From Eledone cirrhosa (Eukaryota), in NCBI GenBank assembly GCA_964016885.1, contig OZ024742.1:355880001-355944000 (forward strand): a stretch of 64,000 bases of DNA, read 5' to 3'. Of this stretch, positions 52,750 to 64,000 are shown piece after piece; position 1 is the first letter of the stretch; each line of letters starts with the position of its first letter. The notes beneath the pieces are model-generated. The model was not told the origin of the DNA, ran no database searches, and was given only the letters and a program-made list of their open reading frames with translations. The position numbers were made by a program, and so were the translations under genes.

Positions 52750-52810
52750 TCGGTTAAGAGTATACTATTTTCCATTGCCGGGGGTATACTCTTAAGCGGA
52801 CTCGACTGTA
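52750..52810. mobile_element. Possible pogo/Tigger-type TIR end
   Basis: The minus strand reads TA-CAGTCGAGTCCGCTTAAG, with an internal palindrome ttaagagtatac/gtatactcttaa. I did not find a partner TIR. Confidence 0.4.
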
Positions 52811-53888
52811 TTCAGTTTCATTTTGACTTCGATGCAGATGACTAACAAAGTAGATTTTCTTCTTGATGTTCATATTCCATTATTCGGGCCACGTGTGAAT
52901 TTTATGATATACATAGGAATGTTCACTAAAATCTAATATACTAAATTTTAGGTCTTAACATTCCCTCTCTCATTCACTTTCTGTTGATTATTGTGTTTTG
53001 GTATAAGATTAGCTGAATGTTTTATTTTTCCCAATACATGTCATGCTTGTTAAACTATTTTTATATTACTGTGGCTTCGTAAGCAATATTTCATAAAACC
53101 TACAGATAGTAAATATTATAAAACAGGATTTTGTTGCAGTAAAGTATTCATTCATGAGTGTTACTCTAAAACTCTCAGAATACACAACATAGTACCTCAA
53201 TGTGTAGTTCATCTCTTCGATAGTGAACAAATAATTACCAGTAGTATTATTTGCACTTTCAAGTATAGAGAAAATAAAATTTTTACACGACAAATTGAAG
53301 ACTGAAACATAAATATTTTGTGTTTCTGTAAAAAGAAAGAAATCTGCTTATTTTGTGTGTATACAGTGCCACAAGAATACAAACATGCTGAATTTATATT
53401 TGTCTATGTTTGTAGCAAAACGAAAACCAAAACCCACTGGAATGAGTCACAAGTAGTCATATGGCAAATTAGCATCCATGATTTTCACAGAATTATTTCA
53501 CGTGGATATGACTCTAGTCTTACACCAGTACTTTTCCAAAAATGGTGGCATCTATTTCCGAATAGACAATTACGCGTGTCCCTCACCATCCTCCGATGAA
53601 ACGCTTTCTATTTTCTGCCCAGTGGGGCCGAGGGGCAGTCAGCATGTGCACCCGCATTTGCTTCTAATAGTGTGAGATGGGGAGAGTGAAAGAGAAATGG
53701 CAGTGAGTAAAATACTTATTTACTTATTTATTTGTATTTAAGTCACAAAACCAGCAATTTTGGGATTAGGGCGAAGTTGATTAAATCAACCTCACTACTT
53801 GACTAGTAAATTATTTTATTGATTTTTTAAATATTAATCAATTTATTTATCATAAAAACTGTATAAACATGATGTTATTTACAGTAAC

Positions 53889-54085
53889 AATAATAATAAT
53901 AATAATTGTTTCTACTTTTGGCACAAGGCCAGCAATTATCCCAGTACATTACTGGTACTTCATTTTATCGACCCCAGAAGGAAGAAAGGGAAAGTTAACA
54001 TCGGCGGGATTGAACTCAGTCCGTAAAGGGACGTAACTCTGTGCTGCAAAGCATGGCGTCCGACCCTCTACCGATACTGCCAACA
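53889..54085 (-). mobile_element. tRNA-derived SINE with Nin/Deu-like domain and (TAT)n tail
   Basis: Minus strand: A-box tggcagtatcgg, B-box gagttcaatccc and cctttcttccttctggggtcgataaaatgaagtaccag core. Confidence 0.8.
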
Positions 54086-55298
54086 ATAATAACAACTATA
54101 ATAATAAAAAAAGTGATGGAAAGAAATAATAGGGAAATAAAGAGAAAAAAGTGAGGAAGAAAGAAGAAAAATAGCGAGAAAGCGATGGGATGGCAAGAGG
54201 GCAGAAGTGCTGCACCCCACGAACAAGACACCAAAAGCATTCCCACAGACAAAGGCCAGTGCACCCGCTGCAACAGCCACCCCTACTCGCGGGGCCCCCA
54301 TGTTCTATGTTTTGTGTTCTATGTGTGTCTGTCTATACATATACACCAGGTCCAAACACAAAGGAACCAAACTCCCACTGTCACTGCCTCCGTCTCTCCC
54401 ACTCTCCCCATACCTCACTATTATCAGTAATTAGTGGCCACGCGTTTCCCCAGAGGATGGTGAGGGATAACCACTGGAAGAGCCATTCCAGACGCGAGGC
54501 TAGTTAATATGGACACACTACCAATCTGTTAAAAGAACAATACTCTATTCACTTCTACTTCTCTCCTATCGAGATGAAACAATAATCATATGATGCTATC
54601 ATTTAGAAGAATGGATATAAATTTTATTTTTCCTTTTATCCGCTCATGATCTGTTATCAAGCACTTGTCAGTGCTTAATCAATTAATTCTTTCATTTGAA
54701 ATAGAAAGCAAGCAAAATACAAAAAAAAACAGTAACAATTATAAAATTAAAATGATGAAATAAAACCAGTAACATAAAGACAAAAGAGCCATTTAACCGT
54801 CTACAAAAGAAACTATGTTCAAACTTGCAATGAGACTAATTACACGAGGATAATACAAATTGTTAATTTCTACAGCATTTAGCTATACTTTAGTAAAATA
54901 TCTCTGATTAATGCTTTATCTATGAATTGTGGAATTCTACATCTTGTGGTTAGTAACACAATACTTTGCTGGATGTCCTTTTAATAACTTTCATGATCGA
55001 TTTATATCCAATGTGCGCTGTCATTCTTTAGTTTGAACTCGATGGAAAATATCCCTGAAAATAAATATATTATACATTGGTAACTGTTTTTCTGAACAGT
55101 CACATCAATTGTATTAATGATTCATATCCCCAGTGAACACTGAGGGAAAGATATATAGTCTCTGTAAGGTTTAGAATGATTTCTCTAATTGATTGTCATA
55201 TTTCATAAATGCTAACACACTCACGCACACACAAAAACACAGACACCCTTGCGCACACACATATATATATATATATCTATGTGGCCATGGCTGGGTAC

Positions 55299-55440
<142 letters not shown>

Positions 55441-55445
55441 GTATA

Positions 55446-55490
<45 letters not shown>

Positions 55491-55494
<4 letters not shown>

Positions 55495-55680
55495 CGTTTC
55501 TGAATTTGTTTAGCAAGATTCTTTATCTGAAAACGTGTGTTGAAACCGATATTGTTATACTTTGGGAGGATCATGTTGCCAATAAGAAACACACGCACCA
55601 GTGCTTTCACTTCAATTTATTATAAATTTCCGGTTGGTTGGTTCCATAACCGGATGGTTGTTCATATATTGTCAAAGTTC
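55491..55680 (-). mobile_element. Terminal-repeat fragment of the PLE family at 5348-6726
   Basis: 55550-55680 is the reverse complement of ~6563-6726. 55491-55549 matches 5348-5406 directly. Confidence 0.85.
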
Positions 55681-55689
55681 TTTCTTTTG

Positions 55690-58501
55690 TATTTTTGGTT
55701 AGGAGGTGCCTACTGACTGTAGGTCTCGTTTTGTACTTAGGCAAGTTGGGTGTTCTGTATTACTGTGAAGCGCCAAAGATCTCGGTCCAATGACATTGTC
55801 TTAGAGAGGTGTAAGTGTGTAAGGTCGGAATTTATCAGATCGTCCCAGGTTTTTCTGGGTCTGCCTACTCCGTAGCTTCCATATATTTTGATCGCCCTGC
55901 ACTTTTTTATACAGCCGTCATCTTTCATGCGCATCACGTGACCATACCAACGTAGTCTTCTCTCGAGTAAACAACATCTGATCCCTCTTATTCCTAATTT
56001 CTCACTTAGTTCATTTATGCTTTGCCGTTCACATATATTACTATTACACATCCAACGGAGCATGCAAGCTTCGTTCCTCTCCAGTCTGCGCAGATCCTCT
56101 GCACACAATGCCCATGTCTCACTGCCATGTAACATTGCTATTCGTATGCAGACATCATACAGTCTGCCTTTCATTTTTAGGGAGAAACCTTTAGCGGCCA
56201 ATAGTGGTATAAGCTGTCTGAACTTTTTCCATTCCGTTCTGACTCTAGCTACTGTACTTTCAGAGCACCCACCACCACTGCTGATTTTGTCACCCATATA
56301 ACGGAAGATGTCCACTATTTCTATAGAACAATCTGGGCAATGGAAGGAGCTAGTATCCTGTGGGAACTTGCTACTACTTATTGCACTTGATCCCACTATA
56401 TCTTTTATACACGCATACTTTGCATTTTGGACATAAAATGTAGTTTCTGCCTACTCCTTTCCTACACACTGAGCATGGCCATTTCCCAGAGGGGACCAGT
56501 GCCCTATTTTCCTCCCTACATACTAGAACTTTAGTCTTAGACAATTTAATTTTAAGGCCTTTTGATTCTAGTCTATGCTTCCAAGTTTGGAATTTCTTCT
56601 CTAGTTCAGCCATTGACTCAGCTATGAGCGTTATATCATCTGCGTATAGAAGTTCCCATGGGCAGCCGCTCTTGAACTCCTCTGTTATATCCTGAAGGGC
56701 AATAATAAATAGGAGGGGGCTAAAAACAAAGCCCTGATAAACACCGACTTTTACGCTAAATTCTTCAATATATTCATTGTTAATTCTAACCTTGCTGACT
56801 GTTTCTTTATACATGGCTTGTATAGCTCTCACGAGTCATTCATCAACACTTAATTTTCTAAGAACCCACTAGATAATGGAGCGGGGGACTCTGTCAAAGG
56901 CTTTCTCCAAGTCAACAAAAGCTAAGTATAGGGGTTTACTTTTAGCTAGGTACTTATCTGTAGTTGTCGTACAAGGAAAAGAGCGTCTGTGGTACTTTTA
57001 CCTGACACAAACCCAAATTGCATTTCATCTAGGTCAATTCGCTCTCTGATTAGATGCCCTATAACTTTTTCTGTGACCTTCATGACCTGGTCAATTAATT
57101 TAGTTTCCTCTATCTAGAGCATCTCCTTTACCCTTGTAGCAGTTAATGATGATGCTGCTACGCCAGTCATTTGGTATAACCCCATTCTGTATGAGTTGGT
57201 TTACTATCCGGGAGACCACAGTGTGTCCCACCGATCCAGATGCTTTCAGCATTTCAGCAAATATCTCCGATAGCCCAGCTGCTTTGCTTATTTTCATATT
57301 TTGATTGCCTTACTTATTATACTACCTTCAACTTGCATGCTGGTCCCTCTATTGGATCAATTTGTAGCCTCTCGTAGTGACACTTCCAAGCTACCCTCTT
57401 ATCAGTATCAGTGACGGCAAGTATACCATCATCATTACGGACACTCTTCTCCCCGACAATATCACGGTTTTCCTTGACACATTGTCTAGCAATCCTGAAG
57501 ACCTCACGTTTTTGGTCCTCGCGTTGTAGAACATGCTTGAACTTTCTTTCCTCTTTTCTTGCAAGGTACATTTGTCTCCTAGCTTCCTTCCTGGCCACTT
57601 GATAGTGTTCTCTACATCCTCCATCCTGCCATACTTTCCAAGCTTGCTTTTTGGTCTAGATTGACTCCTCCAACTTATTGTTCCACCACCATGTTACTCT
57701 CCTCCTGCCTATAGGTCTGCTCCAGCCACAGATTTCATCTGTCGCCTTCAGCAGGTTAACTTTCAAGAATTCCCACTGTTCCTCTATATTGCACGTCTCT
57801 AATTGCTCTTCCTTACTGTCAAAGCATCAAGTAATATGCTTTTAAATTTGTTACTGGTGTGGGGTCCTTTAAATTCCATATTCTTCTTCTCGGGGTACTC
57901 CCCCTCTGTTGTCCAGTACGTCTCGTCTTGACTATGAGGTCACTAACTATGAGGCTATGTCGGGAGGTGCATTCTTCGCGGGGGAGGGATTTAGTGTTTA
58001 CAACCGACACTTTGTCACGTCTTCTGGTAAGGATATAATCTATCTGGCTGGTGTGTTCCCCTGATCTATAGGTGATCAAGTGATTGTCTCGCTTTTTGAA
58101 GTTTGTGTTGCAGATAGTTAGGTTATTTGCGTCACAGAATTCTGAAGCCTTCTTCATTTCTGGTACCAAACCCATAGCCTCCATGGATTCCGTCATAGCC
58201 ATCACAATGTTGTCCAACATGACCATTTAGGTCGCCAGCAATAATTATGTAGTCACTATCGGTTGGTTGGGAGGTGGTGAGCATTAGCGACTCATAGAAT
58301 CTGTCTTTTATAACGCCAGGCAGTCCAGATAGGGGTGCGAAAGCGGATATTATTGTCACAGTAGTTCTATTTAGGACAAGTTTTATTTTGATTATTCTGT
58401 CGTTCATTCTTTTTACGTCGATTACCTTATCTACCCATTTTCTGCTAACATAATTCCTAGTCAACACAGCCCATTTTCATTTCCCACCCAGAAAAGTTTA
58501 T
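55690..58501 (-). mobile_element. Degraded RTE-type LINE of a second lineage (APE plus RT with an internal Cys-rich insert)
   Basis: YKLFWVG, ISAFAP, AGDLNGHVG, SQIDYIL, DLEKAFDRVP, GVYQG..FSPLLF, LLYADD, FRYMGD and RLRWYGHVMR motifs. Confidence 0.93.
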
Positions 58502-58524
58502 AGCATTTCAATTTTAATCGTTAA

Positions 58525-59096
58525 TTCTGTCAGACCCTCAAAAACAATCGTCTTGTATTTAAACTCTGATTACTGTTATACGTTCGTTTATAAGTTTAGA
58601 TTAAGCAAAAAAAAAATAACCTTCTAGTTATAACTTTTTCGGGAACATTCTTCCTTCTTCTTCTCCTCTACTCTGTCCCCCAATGCATTGTCTATAAGCC
58701 TACAGGCCTCCCTCTCTCTCTCTGTCTCTTAGCAAGTATAAAAAGAACCTGTCGCTCGTCAAAGATTTCAGAATTCTACGAATCTTCATCCCTGCCAAAG
58801 GGACGTTTGAGAAATGTGATGTATTTACGCCATTTTCTTGTCTCTCTCTATGTTTTGACACGGTCCATTTACTTAGAATCCAAGCTTTCAATGTTATTCG
58901 TAATTTCTGTCACACCCTCAAAAACAATCGTCTTGTATTTAAACGCTGATTACTGTTATACGTTCGTTTAATAACCTCGTATTTAAACGCTGATTACTGT
59001 TATACGTTCGTTTAATAACCTCGTATTTAAACACTGATTACTGTTATACGTTCATTTATAGGTTTAGATTTTTAAAAAAGAAAAAATAACCTTCTA
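58525..59096. repeat. Direct repeat (58525-58626 and 58905-59096) with an internal ~44-bp unit present three times
   Basis: ttctgtca.accctcaaaaacaatcgtcttgtatttaaac.ctgattactgttatacgttc occurs twice, and gtatttaaac.ctgattactgttatacgttc occurs three times in the second copy. Confidence 0.85.
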
Positions 59097-59129
59097 TATA
59101 TAACCTCCCTATATCCTCCCTCCCACTCG

Positions 59130-59550
59130 CCACCATTGTTACATGGTCCAATCATAATCCGGTGGCTTATACGTCTCTCTTACCAATCTCTTACACAAAA
59201 CCACCGCCTCGGCTATTCACTCCTTAAGTTTAAACCTGGTTGCCTCTGATATGCTAGATGGACTGTGGCATTCTGAAGAGAACGAAGAATCTGGACACTC
59301 AAATGACAATGTCAAATATAAAGATAAATTCACCTCATGTGGCCTCTGATGCAAGGATTGCTCTTTATTTCAGATGCGGATGGCAAACATAACCCCATCT
59401 CCCTCAACCCTCCCTACACCTCCAACCCATCCTTTCCACCCATCAAACGAAATCCAAAACTTCAGGGTTGGTACCATGAATGTAGGCATTTTAAAAGGTT
59501 GCTCTCTCTAACGAGGTTGTAGAGATTTTAACTGAGCATCACAAGGTTAA
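59130..59550 (+). mobile_element. Putative 5' UTR and APE N-terminus of an RTE-type LINE
   Basis: 59461 onward reads FRVGTMNVGILKGCS, then after a 2-nt slip NEVVEILTEHHKVN. This matches the RTE APE start pattern (RVGT.NVG...G.S.E....M.RRKVD). Confidence 0.75.
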
Positions 59551-60589
59551 CTCTCAACAGCTGCTGAGCAACCATCACATGGTTAACTCTCAACAGCTGC
59601 TGAGCGACCATCACAAGGTTAACTCACAACAGCTGCTGAGCGACCATCACAAGGTTAACTCTCAACAGCTGCTGAGCGACCATCACAAGGTTAACTCACA
59701 ACAGCTGCTGAGCGACCATCACAAGGTTAACTCTCAACAGCTGCTGGGCGACCATCACAAGGTTAACTCTCAACAGCTGCTGAGCGACCATCACAAGGTT
59801 AACTCACAACAGCTGCTGAGTGACCATCACAAGGTTAACTCTCAACAGCTGCTGAGCGACCATCACAAAGTTAACTCACAACAGCTGCTGAACGACCATC
59901 ACATGGTTAACTCACAACAGCTGCTGAGTGACCATCACAAGGTTAACTCACAACAGCTACAGAGCGACCATCAAAAGGTTAACTCTCAACAGCTGCCGAG
60001 CGACCATCACAAGGTTAACTCTCAACAGCTGCTGAGCGTCCGTCACAAGGTTAACTCTCAACAGCTGCTGAGCGACCATCACAAGGTTAACTCACAACAG
60101 CTGCTGAGTGACCATCACAAGGTTAACTCTCAACAGCTGCTAAGCGACCATCACAAGGTTAACTCACAACAGCTGCTGAACGACCATCACATGGTTAACT
60201 CACAACAGCTGCTGAGCGACCATCACAAGGTTAACTAACAACAGCTGCAGAGCGACCATCAAAAGGTTAACTCTCAACAGTTGCTGAGCGACCATCACAA
60301 GGTTAACTCTCAACAGCTGCTGAGCGACCATCACAAGGTTAACTCACAACAGCTGCTGAGCGACCATCACAAGGTTTACTCACAACAGCTGCAGAGCGAC
60401 CATCAAAAGGTTAACTCACAACAGCTGCTGAGCGACCATCACAAGGTTAACTCACAACAGCTGCTGAGCGACCATCACAAGGTTAACCCTCAACAGCTGC
60501 TGAGCGACCATCACAAGGTTAACTCTCAACAGCAGCTGAGCGACCATCACAAGGTTAACTCTCAACAGCTGCTGAACAACCATCACAAG
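59533..60589. repeat. 36-bp minisatellite, ~29 copies
   Basis: Unit gagcgaccatcacaaggttaactc(t/a)caacagctgct, seen as a 12-aa periodicity in the ORF track. Confidence 0.97.
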
Positions 60590-60671
60590 TGCCCTACTCA
60601 GAACCTAAATATAATATTCATGAAATAAATAAGGACTCAGGAACTAGGTCAATTATATGTAACAATAGAAT

Positions 60672-61102
60672 TATCATCACCGTTTAACATGCATTTTCCA
60701 TGTTAGCATGAGTTACAGTGTGTACTGGGTGCTTTTTGTTTTGACAACTACACGATCACATTACAGTGTGGGCTGGGTACTTTATGTTGTGACAAATACA
60801 TGATCACATTACAGTGTGGGCTGGATGCTTTTTGTTGTGATAACTACATGATCACATTACAGTGTGGGCTGGGTGCTTTATATTGTGACAACTACACAAT
60901 CACATTACAGTGTGGGCTGGGTGCTTTATGTTGTGACAAATACAGGATCACATTACAGTGCGGGCTGGGTGCTTTTTGTTGTGACAACTACATGATCACA
61001 TTACAGTGTGGGCTGGGTGCTTTATATTGTGACAACTACACAATCACATTACAGTGTGGGCTGGGTGCTTTTTGCCATGTTACCATCATGACCACTTTAC
61101 AG
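60672..61102 (-). repeat. 48-bp minisatellite (~8 copies) inside a SINE 3' region
   Basis: Unit ttacagtgtgggctgggtgctttttgttgtgacaactacatgatcaca, which is related to the SINE-internal segment at 43122-43178. Confidence 0.9.
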
Positions 61103-62840
61103 AATATTTATATAAATACACTGATAAGGTTTGACTAATTCGTAGAGATACAAAAGCGTTAAACTATACATTAGGAAGTTGGTGTTGTTTGTGTCTAGCT
61201 CCAATGGAACTCTGATGAAGCAGAATTATGTTTTGTTATTACTGTAACTGTCACTCTATGGTTCCTTGGCTAAATTATTAACCAAGTGAATCAACTCTGC
61301 TGATTTTGTCTTTATCACTAAATCTCGTTACTATCCCATTGCCAGCATATTAAAATCATATCAGAGCTCATATTGTTTTTGTGGACCATAATAATCTTTT
61401 TTATTGTACATCAAACCAAACAATAATTTATAACCATTTTCCAATCTCTATGAAGTTATCCTTCAGTGGAATATTTATAGCAGGTAAGTAGATTTCATCT
61501 TTAGTGCTGATTTATCACAGAAACTAAAAATATCACAAACATCTATAGTTTTAGCAAGCAACAGTCTGTTATCATGAGACCACAAAATATTTCCAGGTCT
61601 GTAGCAGATTATTGACATCAAACATTTATAGTTCTCTTTAAGAGAGTTTATGTATCTAAACACTTTTGAATTTTATTCACAGAGATTGCATTGCACTTCT
61701 TTAAAATGTTCACTAATGTTAGCTGAGACTCCTGTTTTCAATATATGTTATAATAAGTGTAATGGGTTGGCAGAATTGGTAGAGCATCAGATAAAAAGAC
61801 ACTGCAGTATTTTTATGGTTTTTTGCATTATTTGTCAAGAGCAGGATTTCAACTGTTGACAAAATAATCTACCAGTCTTTTTTTTTCTTTCCCCCAATAC
61901 AATAAAGTATCATTCCAGTTTTGCAGAATTTCCACAGGTGATAAAATAAAGTGCCAGTTCATTTTTTCTTTCCCCAATTCTGCTGCCCTCATGCCTGAAA
62001 TAGACACCAACATATGTTATAATAGACAGCTGGCATTAGCAAGAAGGGTAACCATAAAAATAAGGATTGCAGGCACACAATATTAAAGCTATTTAAATAT
62101 TCAAACCCTGTTAGTTTCGGAATTACAAATGAAGTACAACAGTTTTACTTATGGCTTCCTTCATAGTTATACAATATATATATTCTCATTTATATATTTC
62201 ATAAAAACAACAAATTACATGATTGAAATTTTGTTTGATATACAACATGTAATTCAAATGAACATTTGAATAAAAACAATGAATAAACTAAATGGAATTA
62301 AGAAAACAAGAAAATCCGGTATTTTATATGAATATTTTGCTAAACAAAGAAACAATAAACAATGGAAATATTAACAGATGTGTTAATAAAAGAAAAAATA
62401 TTTTAATCAAATTAAGAAGAAAAGAGCAATGAAAAAAAAATTGAGTTTATTTCCTTAATTTAATAACATAACAATTATCAAAATAACCTGACTTGCTAAA
62501 TATTTTGCTGTTGAAGTTTGTTTTTAAATTCAATATGATAGAAGTAGGAAAATAGCTAGCTTAATCAATTAAATAAATCCCAAGTGTTGGCAATAGATGT
62601 TTGCTTTGTTTTGTCAGAATTAATAAACACAAAGCAATATATATATATATGTATATGTGTATATATGTATATATATATTTATATATATATATATATGTAT
62701 TGCATATACATACATATATATATATAAATATATATGTACACATCGATAGAACATTGTTTTTTCATTTGTATATATATATATATATATATATAGTTTCTCT
62801 CTGTATATTTGTTTTCAAATGTAAATGTAACTATAAATTC

Positions 62841-62985
62841 AATAATTGTTTCTACTTTTTGGCACAAGGCCAGCAATTACCCAGTACATTACTGGTACTT
62901 TATTTTATCAACCCCGTAAGGATGAAAGGCAAAGTTAACCTCGACGGGATTTGAATTCAGACCGTAAAGGGACGTAACTATGCTG
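62841..62985 (-). mobile_element. SINE fragment (Nin/Deu-like family)
   Basis: Colinear with 53900-54045. Confidence 0.8.
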
Positions 62986-63134
62986 GATTCAATAATGTTA
63001 CTATGCCAAAATCACATTTATAAAATTATGACTTGGTTTAGTTTGTATTGAGGAAAGAATTTGCAAAGATATACTCTAAATATTATAGATATCATTCCGG
63101 AGAATTTTGGAAAACAAAATTTACATCTTCTACT

Positions 63135-63740
63135 TCTCCTTCTTCGCCCACATATTTTTGAGAGGGTCATGGGAGAAGAGTCCTCAAACAATTCTCGCAG
63201 CAAGTCCTGTCACGAGCACCCATCTCCAACTGATCCAGCTGGGTCTCCAAGCATGACCTCCCAAGCTCATGGATGTTATCCAACCATCTTACTCAGGGTC
63301 TACTCCTGGGTCTCCTACCAGTTGGTTTTGCCCATAAAATGTGTCCAGCAATTATTTCCTGAGACATTCTAACCCCATTCCCATAGTATCGGAGCTGTGA
63401 TCTCTCAATTCAGAGAAGTAGCAACTCTACCTGGAGTGACTCTCTAATCTCCAAGCTATGCACTCTATCGAGTAAAGATGGCCCTTTGGAGAAACTAAAT
63501 TTTGGCCACTTGCAATAACGATCATATCACTTTGGTCATTACCCAAGATACATGACCATAGGTAAGGTTTGGCACAAATACAGATTTGAAAATAGTGAGT
63601 TTGGCTTTTACACCTGCCTCCCTTCTTCTAATTATTGAATGCTGAAGCTGACGCATTACTACACCAGCTTTTGCAATTTTTGCATTTAATTCAGCCACCT
63701 GCTTTCCATCACTTGTGAGATACTTGAACTTCACCACCTG
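63135..63740 (-). mobile_element. Degraded 3' fragment of an RTE (Rex3/Expander-like) LINE
   Basis: VKFKYL..DGK...E...I.KA...KAKLTIFKSVFVPNLTYGH.SWVMT motif. Confidence 0.75.
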
Positions 63741-64000
63741 CTATAGTGATATAATCAAGGAAAAGGTTACAAAGTATTTCAAACATTTACTTTCATATAT
63801 CTATTGGCTTCTTACATAGCACATGACCTTGTTATTAAACGAAGAGAGAAAACACAGAAGAAGAAATGCATGGACATTTCATTATATTTTCATTCACCAA
63901 TCATCCAAAACTTGTGTAATAAAGAAAAGCAGGATCATTAGATAAAGTTATTCACAGACATTTAATACACATACATGTTCTTGATCGGATTTAGACATTG

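Noticed and set aside
59533-60589. CRISPR-like array (36-bp repeats)
   Set aside because: The units are contiguous with no unique spacers, there are no cas genes, and the context is eukaryotic.
61366-61489. Possible plus-strand exon ending at a consensus CAG|GTAAGT donor
   Set aside because: A short open frame exists, but the acceptor is weak and the peptide is unrecognisable. It needs RNA-seq support.

Overview
AT-rich, microsatellite-dense eukaryotic DNA made almost entirely of retroelement debris. I found no host protein-coding exon that I can support. The repeat complement is consistent with a cephalopod (octopus-like) genome, which is an inference. It includes several Penelope-like elements (PLEs, GIY-YIG endonuclease), a CRE-clade element, two R4/Dong elements, RTE-clade LINEs of two lineages, CR1-like and Tx1/L1-like 3' ends, tRNA-derived and RTE-derived SINEs, a mariner relic, a Helitron-like end and minisatellites. 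The most notable signal is at the RNA level, with about nine hammerhead-ribozyme (HHR) motifs. Two are identical, intact minimal HHRs exactly 466 bp apart in a young, non-coding, highly structured direct repeat at 44483-45304, which looks like a retrozyme that could yield a circular RNA. Two others have about 80-90 nt inserted in stem II. Other oddities are a PHD finger at the N-terminus of the CRE ORF, a 36-bp minisatellite grown out of the inverted 5' end of an RTE endonuclease gene, and nested inverted PLE architectures. Element boundaries were read by eye and are approximate.
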